Shown here: piece after piece, positions 49,729-60,994 of the stretch
How the letters are laid out: every line of letters begins with the position of its first letter
How positions within the stretch are numbered: position 1 is the stretch's first letter
Origin: an uncultured Methanoregulaceae archaeon
GTDB lineage: Archaea; Halobacteriota; Methanomicrobia; Methanomicrobiales; Methanospirillaceae
Reading direction: 5' to 3'
Length of the DNA stretch: 64,000 nt
Assembly: GCA_963705255.1 (NCBI GenBank)
Contig: OY970061.1
Location: 2,464,001-2,528,000, forward strand
Notes under the pieces: generated by a model
Databases searched by the model: none
The model's input: only the letters and a program-made list of their open reading frames with translations
What the model was told of the DNA's origin: nothing
Program-made: the position numbers and the translations under genes

Positions 49729-50907
49729 ATGCGGGTATTTTTCATAGGTTTTGGTCAAGCGGGCGGCAAAATTGTCGATATGTTTATCGAGCAGGATAAA
49801 AAGCTCGGTACAAACAACTTCCGGGGAATTGCAGTCAACACTGCGCGAACGGATCTGATGGGTTTAAAGAATATCGAAATGAAGGACCGCATCCTCATCG
49901 GACAGACAATGGTAAAAGGTCACGGTGTGGGCACTGACAACGTGACCGGCGCCCGCGTCACAGCTGATGAAATCGACAGCATCATCAGTGCGATTGATAT
50001 GCGGGGAACACATGATGTGGATGCATTCGTCATTGTTGCCGGCCTTGGTGGAGGGACCGGGTCCGGGGGGTCACCGGTACTTGCCCGGCATCTTAAACGC
50101 ATCTACCGGGAACCTGTCTATGCCCTCGGTATTATTCCAGCGCCTGAAGAAGGGAGACTGTACTCATATAACGCCGCACGAAGCCTGACAACTCTGGTGA
50201 ATGAAGCTGATAACACCTTTATTTTTGATAACAGTGCTTGGAAAAACGAGGGTGAAAGTGTCAAGTCCGCGTTCCAGCGCCTGAATAATGAAGTTGTAAG
50301 GCGGTTTGGGGTACTCTTCCGTGCCGGCGAGGTGAGCCGGATGGGCGTTGGGGAGATGGTTGTTGACTCCAGTGAAATTATCAACACTCTCCGTGGCGGG
50401 GGGATTACATCCGTTGGATATGCCGTAAGTGAAGTCATGAGCAAACGCACAAAACAACAACGGGGAATTCTAGGTGGACTGAAGGATAAATTTGGTGGCA
50501 AGCGGGAAGCAAATGAGGAAGTACTGATGGGTGAAGACCGGTCTGCGAAGATAGTTGCCCTTGTACGCAGGGCAATGCTTGGCAGATTAACATTACCCTG
50601 CGATTACTCCACGGCAGAACGTGCGCTTGTCCTCCTTGCCGGGCCTCCGGATGAGATGGATCGGAAAGGTGTAGAGAAGGCGAAGAGCTGGGTAGAAGAG
50701 AATATTGCCGGTGTAGAAGTCCGTGGAGGAGATTATCCGGTGAACAGTGAATACGTCGCGGCTGTCGTAATGCTGGCAACTGTTGGCAACGCACCCAGAA
50801 TCAAGGAACTTCTCGATATCGCTAAAGAAACAAAGGAAGATGTTATTAAGTCAAAAGAGAAAAAATCGAGTATGTTTGAAGAAGGTATTGATCCTTTGTT
50901 CGAGTGA
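49729..50907 (+). CDS. cetZ: CetZ tubulin/FtsZ-family GTPase
   Basis: IGFGQAGGK, AVNTA..DL, KGHGVG, GLGGGTGSGG, FDN.AW and RLTLPC. Confidence 0.88.
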   Translation: MRVFFIGFGQAGGKIVDMFIEQDKKLGTNNFRGIAVNTARTDLMGLKNIEMKDRILIGQTMVKGHGVGTDNVTGARVTADEIDSIISAIDMRGTHDVDAFVIVAGLGGGTGSGGSPVLARHLKRIYREPVYALGIIPAPEEGRLYSYNAARSLTTLVNEADNTFIFDNSAWKNEGESVKSAFQRLNNEVVRRFGVLFRAGEVSRMGVGEMVVDSSEIINTLRGGGITSVGYAVSEVMSKRTKQQRGILGGLKDKFGGKREANEEVLMGEDRSAKIVALVRRAMLGRLTLPCDYSTAERALVLLAGPPDEMDRKGVEKAKSWVEENIAGVEVRGGDYPVNSEYVAAVVMLATVGNAPRIKELLDIAKETKEDVIKSKEKKSSMFEEGIDPLFE

Positions 50908-52052
50908 GGTTGATGATGAAGGGATTAGTGAAATGGATTATACTTGCGATAATTCTCATTGTGTGCATTCCGATAGTATCTGCATTCACTGTTACAGGTG
51001 TCACCATAAATCCTTCGGGATCTTTGACACCAGGGACCCCGGTAACGGTCTCGTTACAGGTTGAATTTTCAGCGTCTTCAGGGGAAACGTTCCCTTCCGG
51101 CGATGATCTTCAATTCATTACTGATTTGACCAGCCCACAATGGACATATACGATTGTTCTCGATGGTGTTGATAATCCAAGGCCTCAGAGCACATCCCGT
51201 TCACTCGATTTAAGTGGTTTTGAACTTTCCTATCCATCAACGGTTGATGAATCTCTTCAGATCACTCTCCAAGGAACGGCCCCTTCCGTTGATCAAACTA
51301 CCAATAAAACAATAATCACGGTTCAGGAAAATGACCAGAACGGAAATCTTATCGCAAGCTCCGTATTCACCCAAACCACGATGGTAATAAATGTTAATGA
51401 TGTAGCGACAGCAATATCCGGGATAAAGAATAACCTCACAACATTCAGATCAAATATTGACGAAAAGGCTGCAATGGGGATTGATACCAGTGCCGCTGAA
51501 TCAAAATATAGTGAAGCATCCAGTGATATTAATGCAGCTGCAGCTCTCCCCTCCACGCAATATTCTGCTGCTTTGAATGATTTAACCGCTGCACAGACGG
51601 CAATCGATGCCGGGGGAAATGCACTCGACCTCGCGTGGGCAAACGAAGAAGTTGCAGCTGCTCAGACGCCGATAACAAATGCAGATGCGGTAATCGCATG
51701 GTTTAAAGGTAACCAGACCACCGCAGATGACCCCCAGCTCGGTGCCATTATTGCGATGCGAGAAGTTGCCGTTGGTTATATCTCGAGTGCCAACGATTTT
51801 ATCGCCAACGGACAATATGATCAGGCCCGGGCAAAAGCAGAAGCAGCATTTACGGAAGGCAACGAGTCTTACACGAATGCCCTCCAAAGGCAATATACAC
51901 TTATGCACAGTGGAGTTGATATCGGCGCAATGATCACTGGGATCTTTAAATCTGGGGTATTGGTGATTGTTGTCGGTATTATTGTAGTAGTCCTGATCGG
52001 AGTTGGAATTGTCGTCTACCGCAAACGTTCACGATGGGATGAACTGGGTTAA
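50904..52052 (+). CDS. Secreted, C-terminally membrane-anchored hypothetical protein
   Basis: Signal peptide, S/T-rich beta region, Ala-rich helical region, TM helix and RKRSRWDELG tail. Confidence 0.8.
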   Translation: MRLMMKGLVKWIILAIILIVCIPIVSAFTVTGVTINPSGSLTPGTPVTVSLQVEFSASSGETFPSGDDLQFITDLTSPQWTYTIVLDGVDNPRPQSTSRSLDLSGFELSYPSTVDESLQITLQGTAPSVDQTTNKTIITVQENDQNGNLIASSVFTQTTMVINVNDVATAISGIKNNLTTFRSNIDEKAAMGIDTSAAESKYSEASSDINAAAALPSTQYSAALNDLTAAQTAIDAGGNALDLAWANEEVAAAQTPITNADAVIAWFKGNQTTADDPQLGAIIAMREVAVGYISSANDFIANGQYDQARAKAEAAFTEGNESYTNALQRQYTLMHSGVDIGAMITGIFKSGVLVIVVGIIVVVLIGVGIVVYRKRSRWDELG

Positions 52053-52252
52053 TCCTTTTTTAAAGCTCTTTTTTATAACCAGAGAATTCAAGTCCGTAAT
52101 CAATACGTAAAAAGATGGAAGAGACCGGATCTTTTCCCTTTGCAAGCAGAATCGCACATGCATTCTCTATGATTTGGCAGTTGTTGATATCATAAAAACT
52201 TGAGATATTTTTCACCATATCGTATTCTCGATCACAACGAGACAGTTTTATG

Positions 52253-53911
52253 TTACTTTTTGAGAGTAAAAACATCAATATTGATGCTGCCCATCTTCCC
52301 ATCGCGGTGAATATAGTAATCGATTAGCCTGTTTTCGTTATCGTAAAAAGAGAACCAATAGTCCAATTTATATGTCTTTTTATCATAGCCTTCAATCGAT
52401 GGGTAACTTTCAGTATCGTGAAGGATAATTACTCCCGGATTATTTTGTGTTAAAATGGCAATTTCAGGAAGATCGCTGTACAATTGAATTTTATCCCAGC
52501 GATGACCACGATAATACCACGGAAGAGGCCAATAGTCTTCCGACGCGATGACGACATGACCTGAAGCGTCGATCAGCTGCATCACCTGACGGAGATCCTC
52601 CGAGTTCTGGACTTGCACGATCGGCTCGTTGATATCTGCCGGAATGAAAGCGACATGCCATGTCATTGCAATAAGGAAAATACATCCAATAAGTGCAATT
52701 GCAGTCTTTTGCCAGTTAATCTTATACACTGCAACAAAGCACATCGGGAGCAACTGATGAATCAGAAGCCAAGGTACTTTCTCACCAACGTAGGCATAGA
52801 ATGCCATGGTGAGGATCATCCAGTAAATACAGAATCCGAAAAAGAGATCGGATTTTGAATGTATCTCATCTCCCTTTTTTAACTGTTCCAAGCTGACCGT
52901 TGCAAGTTCTTTGGTTGAGAGAACAAACCCTCGGTGCAGTACCCAGTTTCTCGTCTTTTTTACTAGTATTGCAATGTCCTCTCCAGCCAGCAGGTACTGG
53001 AAGGTTCCGATGATTGCGAGGATAAATATCGGAAGCTCATAGAGCAGGTAAAGTGGGATATAAAAAAACCAGGGCCCGCCAAGACGCTGCTCGTTACTCA
53101 TTGAGATCCAGTGATCAACAGCCTGGTACCACCCGGTTGTATTTGCCTCGAACTGGACTCCGGTGACAGATACCTGAAAGTTTTGTCCTACGAGAGTCTC
53201 CGGATGGGTCCCGAATGCTGAGTAGAGGAGAGCCGTTAATGCTACAACAAGAATTAAAAAAATAATGCTGTGTTTTTTCCAGTGAGATGGGAGAACCAGA
53301 CGACCTCTCCAAACAGCATAGATGAAAAATGAAGCAAAAATAATCAGAATTACTGGAGTCTCCTCTTTGCAGCACAATCCCCCCGCGGTTGCAATAGCCG
53401 CAATTATCGCAAATCTGACCTGTCCACGGTCAAAATAATAAAGAAGGGATACAAGAAGCAGGAACGTGAAAAAGAGCATAAAGATGTCGTGCCTGAGAAA
53501 CCGGGAAAAATATACCATATCCGGGGATATGGCCAGAAATAAAGCCACGAGGAGTGTCTGATTCTTATTGATATACCCAAGACGATAGACATAATACACA
53601 AGCGGTATCAGGAGGGCTCCAAAGAGGGCGGGAAGAAGACGGGCGACGAGGTCTGAAGCTCCGAATAATGAGAACATCCCCGCTGTAACATAATAAAGGA
53701 AAGGTCCATGATAACTTGGATCATATACCCATGTTCCTTGGGTGAGTAACTGAAAAGAGAACCAGGAATGAATTGCTTCATCATGATGAAATAACTTGAG
53801 ATCGAGCTGCCAGAAACGCAGAAAAATTGCAATGAGGATAATTAATAAAAAAACTCTTTCAAAAGTGAATACCTGTTTGAGTTTACTGGAAAAATGAGCG
53901 GCCTGTTTCAC
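52253..53911 (-). CDS. PMT-like membrane glycosyltransferase-family protein (TIGR03663/Agl23-like)
   Basis: HHDEAIH, YDP.YHGP, YFSRFLRHD, KE and GEKVPWL. Confidence 0.8.
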   Translation of the reverse strand: MKQAAHFSSKLKQVFTFERVFLLIILIAIFLRFWQLDLKLFHHDEAIHSWFSFQLLTQGTWVYDPSYHGPFLYYVTAGMFSLFGASDLVARLLPALFGALLIPLVYYVYRLGYINKNQTLLVALFLAISPDMVYFSRFLRHDIFMLFFTFLLLVSLLYYFDRGQVRFAIIAAIATAGGLCCKEETPVILIIFASFFIYAVWRGRLVLPSHWKKHSIIFLILVVALTALLYSAFGTHPETLVGQNFQVSVTGVQFEANTTGWYQAVDHWISMSNEQRLGGPWFFYIPLYLLYELPIFILAIIGTFQYLLAGEDIAILVKKTRNWVLHRGFVLSTKELATVSLEQLKKGDEIHSKSDLFFGFCIYWMILTMAFYAYVGEKVPWLLIHQLLPMCFVAVYKINWQKTAIALIGCIFLIAMTWHVAFIPADINEPIVQVQNSEDLRQVMQLIDASGHVVIASEDYWPLPWYYRGHRWDKIQLYSDLPEIAILTQNNPGVIILHDTESYPSIEGYDKKTYKLDYWFSFYDNENRLIDYYIHRDGKMGSINIDVFTLKK

Positions 53912-53920
53912 GCCGCACCT

Positions 53921-54229
53921 TCAACTTTCTAAAACTATCTCAATGCCAATATCTTTTGGCACCTGGATGCGCATTAACTGGCGGAGCGCACGTTCATCAG
54001 CATCGATATCAATGAGGCGCTTATGTACACGCATCTGCCAGCGGTCCCATGTTGCGGTCCCCTCTCCATCCGGACTCTTCCGTATCGGCACAACCAATCT
54101 TTTGGTTGGGAGGGGTATCGGGCCGGCCAGATTCACACCTGTGCGTTCGGCAATCTCCCGGATCCTGTCACAGACCATCTCTACTTTCTTGAAGTCTGTC
54201 CCTGTCAGGCGAATTCTGGCTTTCTGCAT
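53921..54229 (-). CDS. rps10: 30S ribosomal protein S10
   Basis: [21 protein letters not shown] and RVHKRLID. Confidence 0.96.
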   Translation of the reverse strand: MQKARIRLTGTDFKKVEMVCDRIREIAERTGVNLAGPIPLPTKRLVVPIRKSPDGEGTATWDRWQMRVHKRLIDIDADERALRQLMRIQVPKDIGIEIVLES

Positions 54230-54249
54230 GTTGTTCACCAAAAATAATA

Positions 54250-55527
54250 TTATCTCATCTGTTTCGGCTGAATGGCAATGCACATTCCAGCAGCGATCGT
54301 TGAACCCATATCACGGACAGCAAACCTGCCAAGCTGCGGGAGTTCCTTGACATTCTCAATGACCATCGGTTTCGTTGGCTTGATGACGACAATGGCGGCG
54401 TCACCTGATTTAAGAAATGTCGGGTTTTCTTCCTTGGTCTGACCGGAGCGTGGGTCGAGCTTCTTCTTGAGCTCGATAAATGTACACGCAGTCTGGGAGG
54501 TGTGGCAGTGGAAGACCGGAGTATAACCTACCGTTAGTGCACTCGGGTGCTGGAGTACGACAATCTGTGCAGTAAACTCATCGGCAACCGTTGGCGGGGC
54601 ATCTGCGGGTCCACAGACATCACCACGGCGGATATCTCCTTTGCCGATACCACGGACATTGAAACCGACGTTGTCACCAGGTACTGCCTGGGGTATCTCT
54701 TCATGGTGCATTTCGATGGACTTGATCTCTCCATCCTTGTTGGCAGGCATGAAGGAAACTTTCATCCCCTTCTTCATGATACCGGTTTCAACGCGGCCGA
54801 CCGGAACTGTGCCGATACCGCTGATGCTGTACACATCTTGAATTGGGAGGCGGAATGGTTTGTCGGTTGGTTTTTCGGGCTCTTTGAAGGTGTCAAGTGC
54901 CGGAATAAGTGCCGGGCCTTTGTACCAGGGCATTTCAGAACCGACTGACTTGATGTTTGCCCCGCCAAGAGCGCTGATCGGGATAAAAAGAGTCTCATCG
55001 GGTTTATATCCGACCATCTTGATGAGATCGGAGAGGTCCTTCTTGACTTCGTTGAACCGCTTTTCATCGTATTTTACTGCGTCCATCTTGTTGATGGCGA
55101 TAATGATCTGGGTAATACCAAGGGTTCTTGCAAGGAATACATGCTCCTTGGTCTGCTCCATTACCCCATCTGCGGCGGCGACAACGAGGATTGCAGCGTC
55201 AGCCTGGGAGGCACCGGTAATCATGTTCTTGACAAAGTCTCTGTGTCCTGGGCAATCCACGACCGTGAAATAATACTTCGGCGTATCAAACCGCTTGTGG
55301 GCAATATCGATTGTGATGCCTCTTTCACGTTCTTCCTTGAGGTTGTCCATAACCCATGCAAACTCAAAGGTTGCCTTGCCCTTGGACTCGGCCTCCTTTC
55401 TGTAGCCTTCGATAATGTGTGCAGGTACTGCACCGGTCTCGAACATCATTCGTCCGACGGTGGTAGACTTTCCGTGGTCGATGTGGCCGATTACAGCCAG
55501 ATTCATATGGGGCTTGTCAGATGCCAT
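54250..55527 (-). CDS. tuf: Elongation factor 1-alpha
   Basis: [27 protein letters not shown] and GRFAVRDMG. Confidence 0.98.
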   Translation of the reverse strand: MASDKPHMNLAVIGHIDHGKSTTVGRMMFETGAVPAHIIEGYRKEAESKGKATFEFAWVMDNLKEERERGITIDIAHKRFDTPKYYFTVVDCPGHRDFVKNMITGASQADAAILVVAAADGVMEQTKEHVFLARTLGITQIIIAINKMDAVKYDEKRFNEVKKDLSDLIKMVGYKPDETLFIPISALGGANIKSVGSEMPWYKGPALIPALDTFKEPEKPTDKPFRLPIQDVYSISGIGTVPVGRVETGIMKKGMKVSFMPANKDGEIKSIEMHHEEIPQAVPGDNVGFNVRGIGKGDIRRGDVCGPADAPPTVADEFTAQIVVLQHPSALTVGYTPVFHCHTSQTACTFIELKKKLDPRSGQTKEENPTFLKSGDAAIVVIKPTKPMVIENVKELPQLGRFAVRDMGSTIAAGMCIAIQPKQMR

Positions 55528-55693
55528 TTAATTGATCCTCCAAATGTACGGGACTGTCCGCTTACAGTCAGTTTATGCGAGTATTACTTATATGAGACCC
55601 ATCTATATAAAGTATTTCGATTGGCGAGAGCATTTTTCCGATGTAAATCATACATCGGCATCATGATATCAGATGCTTGAATATCTTCATTAC

Positions 55694-55990
55694 ATGAAGA
55701 TTCTGCCACTTCAGCGGGATGAAAAAAAGAGCCGGGTTACGGTAACCTGTGCTGAGGGTAACGTTTCGGTCTACAACCACTGCGCGTATTGTAAGCACTG
55801 TAAGGGAGTTCAAACGACAAGCCGGATAGTACCCACACCTCAGATGCAGGCACTAAATGATATGAAACGTGGATCCGCAGCAGATGAAAACCTGATGAAT
55901 GCAGCAATGATGTTCAATTCACTCATCCGTGATGGGACCGCGATTCAATGCGAAGATGATGCAGGACATGGATATGAGAGATTATATTGA
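55694..55990 (+). CDS. Small Cys-rich hypothetical protein
   Basis: VTC...HCAYCKHC...IQCED; divergent from tuf. Confidence 0.65.
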   Translation: MKILPLQRDEKKSRVTVTCAEGNVSVYNHCAYCKHCKGVQTTSRIVPTPQMQALNDMKRGSAADENLMNAAMMFNSLIRDGTAIQCEDDAGHGYERLY

Positions 55991-56208
55991 CTCTTTCCCA
56001 TGTGTGTTTTTGATATTGATATCATAGTTTTTACATCTGAATCTTTATTTAAAACTGTCAATTTGCTATTATACCATCTTTTATTGTCTGCCTTCGATAA
56101 CCTGATATGGAAAGATATTTTTGCGGTTAACACCTAGGTTGGATTTATCTACTTAGAATTAATTTTAATCTAAAAAATTTGGGAGGGTCCTGTTTTGATC
56201 GCCCGTCG

Positions 56209-56919
56209 CTAGATAAGTGCTATTGCAAGAATCACGCAGGCACGGGTGATCTCATTTGAAGCACCGACTACATCCCCGTTTACCCCTCCAAAGAGATGCT
56301 TGGAGATAACAACCAGCACTATCGGACAAAGGAACATCACGATGAGAGATCCGAAGATCTTTATCGGTTCTACGGGCAGGAAAAAAAGTGGGAGGCAAAG
56401 GAGTAAAGACAAGAGAGGGAAGGACTTCTGGGAGAATTTGTGAAGATAGCTGTGTATCCCCTCACGAAATGGAGTTCCGTACGTTGTTAAAAAAGACATG
56501 GAAAACTTTGCGCAGACCTCGCCGGTAATTATCGCAACAATTAAAGAAGGGGACTCCTGAAGCCCCGCAAATAAGAGGATTGTAATTGTTATCCCAAGTG
56601 CTAAAGCTCCGGCCCCGATATTCCGGTCGAGCAAGGCCTTCACCCTTTTCTCTCTGTTCCCATGAGCCATCAGGCCATCACCAAAATCAAGCAATCCGTC
56701 GAAGTGGTGAGCACCGGTGATTAACATCAACATTGCAATAGCGACTGCCGCAGCAACTGTCCGGTCAGCAATAAAGAACACCGGTAGTGCTACGATCAAT
56801 CCGATGATGTAACCTGCAAGAGGATAAATATAGGAATGCCTGCCGAAATTTTCAAGATCCTCTACCTTACCCAAAGGCAATACTGTCGTAAATTGCAGGA
56901 GGGAAATGACCGGTTTCAT
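56209..56919 (-). CDS. cobS: Adenosylcobinamide-GDP ribazoletransferase
   Basis: F.T.LP, TGAHHFDGLLDFGDG and FGGVNGDVVGA.NE. Confidence 0.92.
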   Translation of the reverse strand: MKPVISLLQFTTVLPLGKVEDLENFGRHSYIYPLAGYIIGLIVALPVFFIADRTVAAAVAIAMLMLITGAHHFDGLLDFGDGLMAHGNREKRVKALLDRNIGAGALALGITITILLFAGLQESPSLIVAIITGEVCAKFSMSFLTTYGTPFREGIHSYLHKFSQKSFPLLSLLLCLPLFFLPVEPIKIFGSLIVMFLCPIVLVVISKHLFGGVNGDVVGASNEITRACVILAIALI

Positions 56920-57350
56920 AAACATTCGCCATACAATCGCGAGGTGCAACCGGCGATCAGTCCAGCAATGGCATCATCAAGGAATGGCCCTAATCTTGCA
57001 AGGATGCCTGGTTTTTTTTGATCGTAACGGGTAAATTCGAACCGTGCATAGGTACCTCCAATGCACTCAGCGATGGCCATACCAATGATTTCATCACTTA
57101 GCAAAAAAATAGGATCATCAGCAATTTCAGAATTTTTTCTTTTTTTATAAAGTTCATCTTCAAGGAGAATTGCTCCGAGAATCAAGGAGGCGACGTTTGG
57201 ATCACCAAGATATTTTTTTATTTTATGCTTGATTTCAACTGCCGCCAGATCCTCTGGCATTCCATGAGAGACGTACAATCCCATGGCGGCAGTGACAATG
57301 TCATCAAGTGTGATTCCATTATCTCGTAATCGCTGTTCGATCTCAAACAT
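56916..57350 (-). CDS. cobZ: Alpha-ribazole phosphatase CobZ-like (PgpA fold)
   Basis: D.NV..L, DP..L.SDE.IG, G....FEF.RYD.KKPGIL and PFLDD. Confidence 0.8.
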   Translation of the reverse strand: MFEIEQRLRDNGITLDDIVTAAMGLYVSHGMPEDLAAVEIKHKIKKYLGDPNVASLILGAILLEDELYKKRKNSEIADDPIFLLSDEIIGMAIAECIGGTYARFEFTRYDQKKPGILARLGPFLDDAIAGLIAGCTSRLYGECL

Positions 57351-57447
57351 ATGAATAAGAGTTGGATTTTTTGGACTATTATATCGTTGTGGAATTTTTA
57401 ACCGATATCTCTAAACTGAAAGAACGGTGATGTATGAGTTGATAATT

Positions 57448-58459
57448 ATGGGGTTCTTTTCAGCCATTTCTCCTGTTACATTTGATAAACCACTATTCTG
57501 CAGCATTCTTGGCAATACTCTGCTTTCTACTGTTCCAGGAATCTCAGGTGCAGGTCCCACACCGGAAAAAACTCTTTTAACCCCAATACTTGATGCGGAA
57601 CTGATTACGTTCGGCACTATAAAAAGTCAGCCGATAAAACCGAATACTCCAACTGGTTGTCCGACTCCAGACCACCATAACCCGGGCAATGATGGAATTG
57701 ACCGGGTTGCATCCGGTTTTCATTAATTCGGGTCTCCAAAATCAGCCGACAGTCCCTTGTATCGATGCTTACGGGAATGTTGGGGAGGATCCGCGTTTCC
57801 GAGATGCCGTACCTCATGCACAGAACCTTTTCCGCCAAGGGGAATTGATAGGTACTTTTCTTTCTGCATATAGTGACCTTCTTGTGCTTGGTGAATGCGT
57901 GCCTGGGGGAACCACGACAGCATTGTGTGTGCTCCGTGCATTGAATTATGATGCCGCTGTTAGCAGCAGTTTTACAAACAATCCTGTTACGAAAAAAAAT
58001 GAGATTTGCCGCCTCGCTCTTAAACGAATCAGCGATGATGGAGTGTCACTGCCACTTGATATAATCAGATATACTGGTGATCCCATGATGCCGGTTGCTG
58101 CAGGTATCGCACGTACCTATGCAGGTAATATTATCCTAGCCGGTGGAACCCAGATGCTTGCGGTAAGTGCAGTGATAAAAGCTATTGGAGGGTCACTCCC
58201 TAACATAGTAACGACAACATATGTCAGAGATGACCCAACGGCTAATGTTGTTCATCTGGCAAAACAGATTGGAATAGGTATATCCTATGTGGATCCGGGC
58301 TTTGACGACATCGGGCATATCGGACTAGCACGATATTGCATTGGTGAGGTAAAAGAAGGGATGGGTGCCGGTGGAGCGATGTGTCTTGCTTATCTCCTTG
58401 GCTATAGTCCTGAAGCGATCAGAAGTAATATTCTTACAACCGTAAATACCTATAGTTGA
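57448..58459 (+). CDS. cobT: Archaeal nicotinate-nucleotide:DMB phosphoribosyltransferase (1-nt insertion at about 57671)
   Basis: GISGAG, TP.LDAE, GCPTP|TITRA, GECVPGGTTTA, AGGTQM and VKEGMGAGG. Confidence 0.85.
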
Positions 58460-58496
58460 ACAGACTTAATAGGATCTCAAAACAAACCTCAGACTA

Positions 58497-59057
58497 ATGC
58501 TTCCTATCTATATTGTCAATAACTTCGGGCAATTTAATCATCTTATCCTTCGGACACTCCGGGATATGGAAATTGACGCTACAATGATTCCTAACTCAAC
58601 TCCCCCACAAAAAATAGCGGAGGACTGTAGGGGAATAATTCTGGGCGGGGGCCCATCTTTAGAGCGTTCCGGTAATTGTGATACCTACCTTGATCTTGGA
58701 CTGCCGGTTCTTGGAATCTGCCTCGGGCTCCATATAATCGCAGTAAAATTTGGTGGGGAAGTGCGTACCGGGCGAAAAGGAGGGTATGGACCGGTCGATG
58801 TAGATATTTGCGAACATAATGATATCCTGAAAGGTTACCCGGATAAGATAAGTGTTTGGGCATCGCATGCCGATGAGGTTACTAAGATGCCAGAAGGATT
58901 TACACTCCTTGCTCATTCATCCATCTGCAGTGCAGAAGCGGTTGCTTTTCAAAAAATGCATATCTATGGACTTCAATGGCACCCGGAAGTAAGTCATACG
59001 TTCGAGGGAAAACGCGTTTTTGAAAATTTTAACCAAATAATTCTTGATACTATGTAA
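58497..59057 (+). CDS. guaAA: GMP synthase glutamine amidotransferase subunit A
   Basis: GQFNHLI.R, PVLGICLG, WASH.DEV and QWHPEV.H. Confidence 0.93.
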   Translation: MLPIYIVNNFGQFNHLILRTLRDMEIDATMIPNSTPPQKIAEDCRGIILGGGPSLERSGNCDTYLDLGLPVLGICLGLHIIAVKFGGEVRTGRKGGYGPVDVDICEHNDILKGYPDKISVWASHADEVTKMPEGFTLLAHSSICSAEAVAFQKMHIYGLQWHPEVSHTFEGKRVFENFNQIILDTM

Positions 59058-59122
59058 TCCATACGTTTTATGTCTATCAATTTGCCGTGTTAAATATATA
59101 TTCGGAGACAATAAGGAAGATC

Positions 59123-60164
59123 ATGGAAACCAAAACGTTCATTCTATTTTCATTCATGATTACTGGTATTCTTTTTTTTGTAACTCCCGTTACTGCAGCG
59201 GCTCCAATCAGGTACTATCGCTCCCGGAAATACTGTTTTTATTGGCGAACAGGGACTTGATGTAACCTCGGTGATGAACGGGGATTCACAGATCGGATGG
59301 TGGGCATCAGGTGCTTCGATTGCAACAAGTTCACCGGACTATACCGTTTCGATATCTGACCTGAAAAATTTCTATGTCTCTCCAACCGATTTCGGATCCC
59401 ATCAAGGATCCTGGTACAGGTTCTCAGCATCAAGCAAGGCAAATGGTACTGCTTTTCTTGTTGCCGATCCTCACCTTGGCATCCGTGTTGAAGATTCAAC
59501 GGTTAATGTTGAGGTAACTGACAAATGGGTGCCATCAGGTGATGATATCAAGTTCAGTATTGAAACAAATCTGGTTCAGATGACGCAGAGAACCGGCGTC
59601 AATTCAGTTCCTGTAACAATCTATGTCCAATCTCCGACAGGTGGAACCTTCAACGCCCTTTTGAATTCATCGGGAACGCCCAATTCGATTGTTGACATTC
59701 CTGTTACAACCAACCCCTTTTCCCCTTCATTCAGCTGGAATACGGGCAAGCGCGATATCTATCCTCCGGGAATCTATTATATCTGGGCAGATTGTGATGT
59801 GAACTCCATGAAGGATAATTACGGCCAGATCGGGAAGGCTATCAGCCAGCAGGTTAGTCTTCTCAATCAGGATCAGAACCCCCTGATTGCAAACAGCGGG
59901 TATATAACAAATCCCACAACCCAAATCACAGTTTTACCTACTCAAATAACTACAGCAATCGCAACCCCTGCGGTTACTTCCTTCACCACTACTCAATATC
60001 CATCCAGTGTTCCAACGGTTATGACAACATCACCTCTTGCGGTAATAACTTCGACAACCCCGTCTACCAGCACTCCGGTTCAGACAAAATCCTCTGGATT
60101 TGAGGCCGTCCTTGTGGCAGCCTCTATCCTCTTTGCGATAGTCCTCTTTTTCAGGAAGCAATGA
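59123..60164 (+). CDS. DUF3821-like cell-surface protein with PGF-CTERM-like tail (1-nt insertion at about 59210)
   Basis: Signal peptide, G.TVFIGEQGLDV, IGWWASG, Thr-rich linker and SSGFEA+TM+RK. Confidence 0.75.
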
Positions 60165-60216
60165 AATCCTCTTTTAGTCGCAACAATTTTATTGCATGAG
60201 CCTCTCATTCCGGTGT

Positions 60217-60723
60217 ATGAATATTGTAACAACTATTATCAAATCCCGTCATAGTATCCGGAAATTTAAAACCGAAAAAGTCGATGAAATAGTAATCAGG
60301 GATGCAATAGAATGCGCTTCACTTGCACCTACTGCAAGGAACATCCAGCCATGGTTGTTTGGTGTAATCCGGAACCCGGAGAGGCTTGCGAATATTGCAG
60401 ATCTTACCGAGAATGGAAAATTTATTGCAGAGTCTTCAGTCTGTTTTGCAGTTTTTGGAGAACGGGATGAGATGTACTACCTTGAAGACTGTTGTGCGGC
60501 AACAGAAAACCTTATTCTGGCACTTCAGGCATACGGGGTTTCATCATGCTGGGTAGCAGGGGATAAAAAATCTTATGCCGAACCGGTTAGAAAATTACTC
60601 AATGTACCAGAAAAATATACCCTAGTATCATTGATTGCTGCAGGCAATCCTGCTGAAATAACGATTTCAGAGAAAAAAGACAAACGTCATATCTTCTTTT
60701 GCGAAGAATTCAAAATGGACTGA
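60217..60723 (+). CDS. Nitroreductase-family protein
   Basis: IKSRHSIRKF, APTARNIQPW, EN.ILA...G.SSCW. Confidence 0.9.
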   Translation: MNIVTTIIKSRHSIRKFKTEKVDEIVIRDAIECASLAPTARNIQPWLFGVIRNPERLANIADLTENGKFIAESSVCFAVFGERDEMYYLEDCCAATENLILALQAYGVSSCWVAGDKKSYAEPVRKLLNVPEKYTLVSLIAAGNPAEITISEKKDKRHIFFCEEFKMD

Positions 60724-60994
60724 CCCCCGAATCATAATCTCTCTTTTTCCTGAAACGCCCACTCCTGTCATAAAAATGGAATGACTAAATATGTCAGATA
60801 ATTATTGAGATTATCGCAATTTCAGATGAAGAAAGATCGCTATTATAGAATATTATGGCACTCATACTACCTGGGCAATAGAACTCATTTGGCGAAACTG
60901 CATTTTGTCTTCCAATCATAATTCCGTCATTTACTCGTAAATCCAGGTCCTTTTTCTCGTAATCATTAAGCATCAGGCAAGACACATCTTGATT

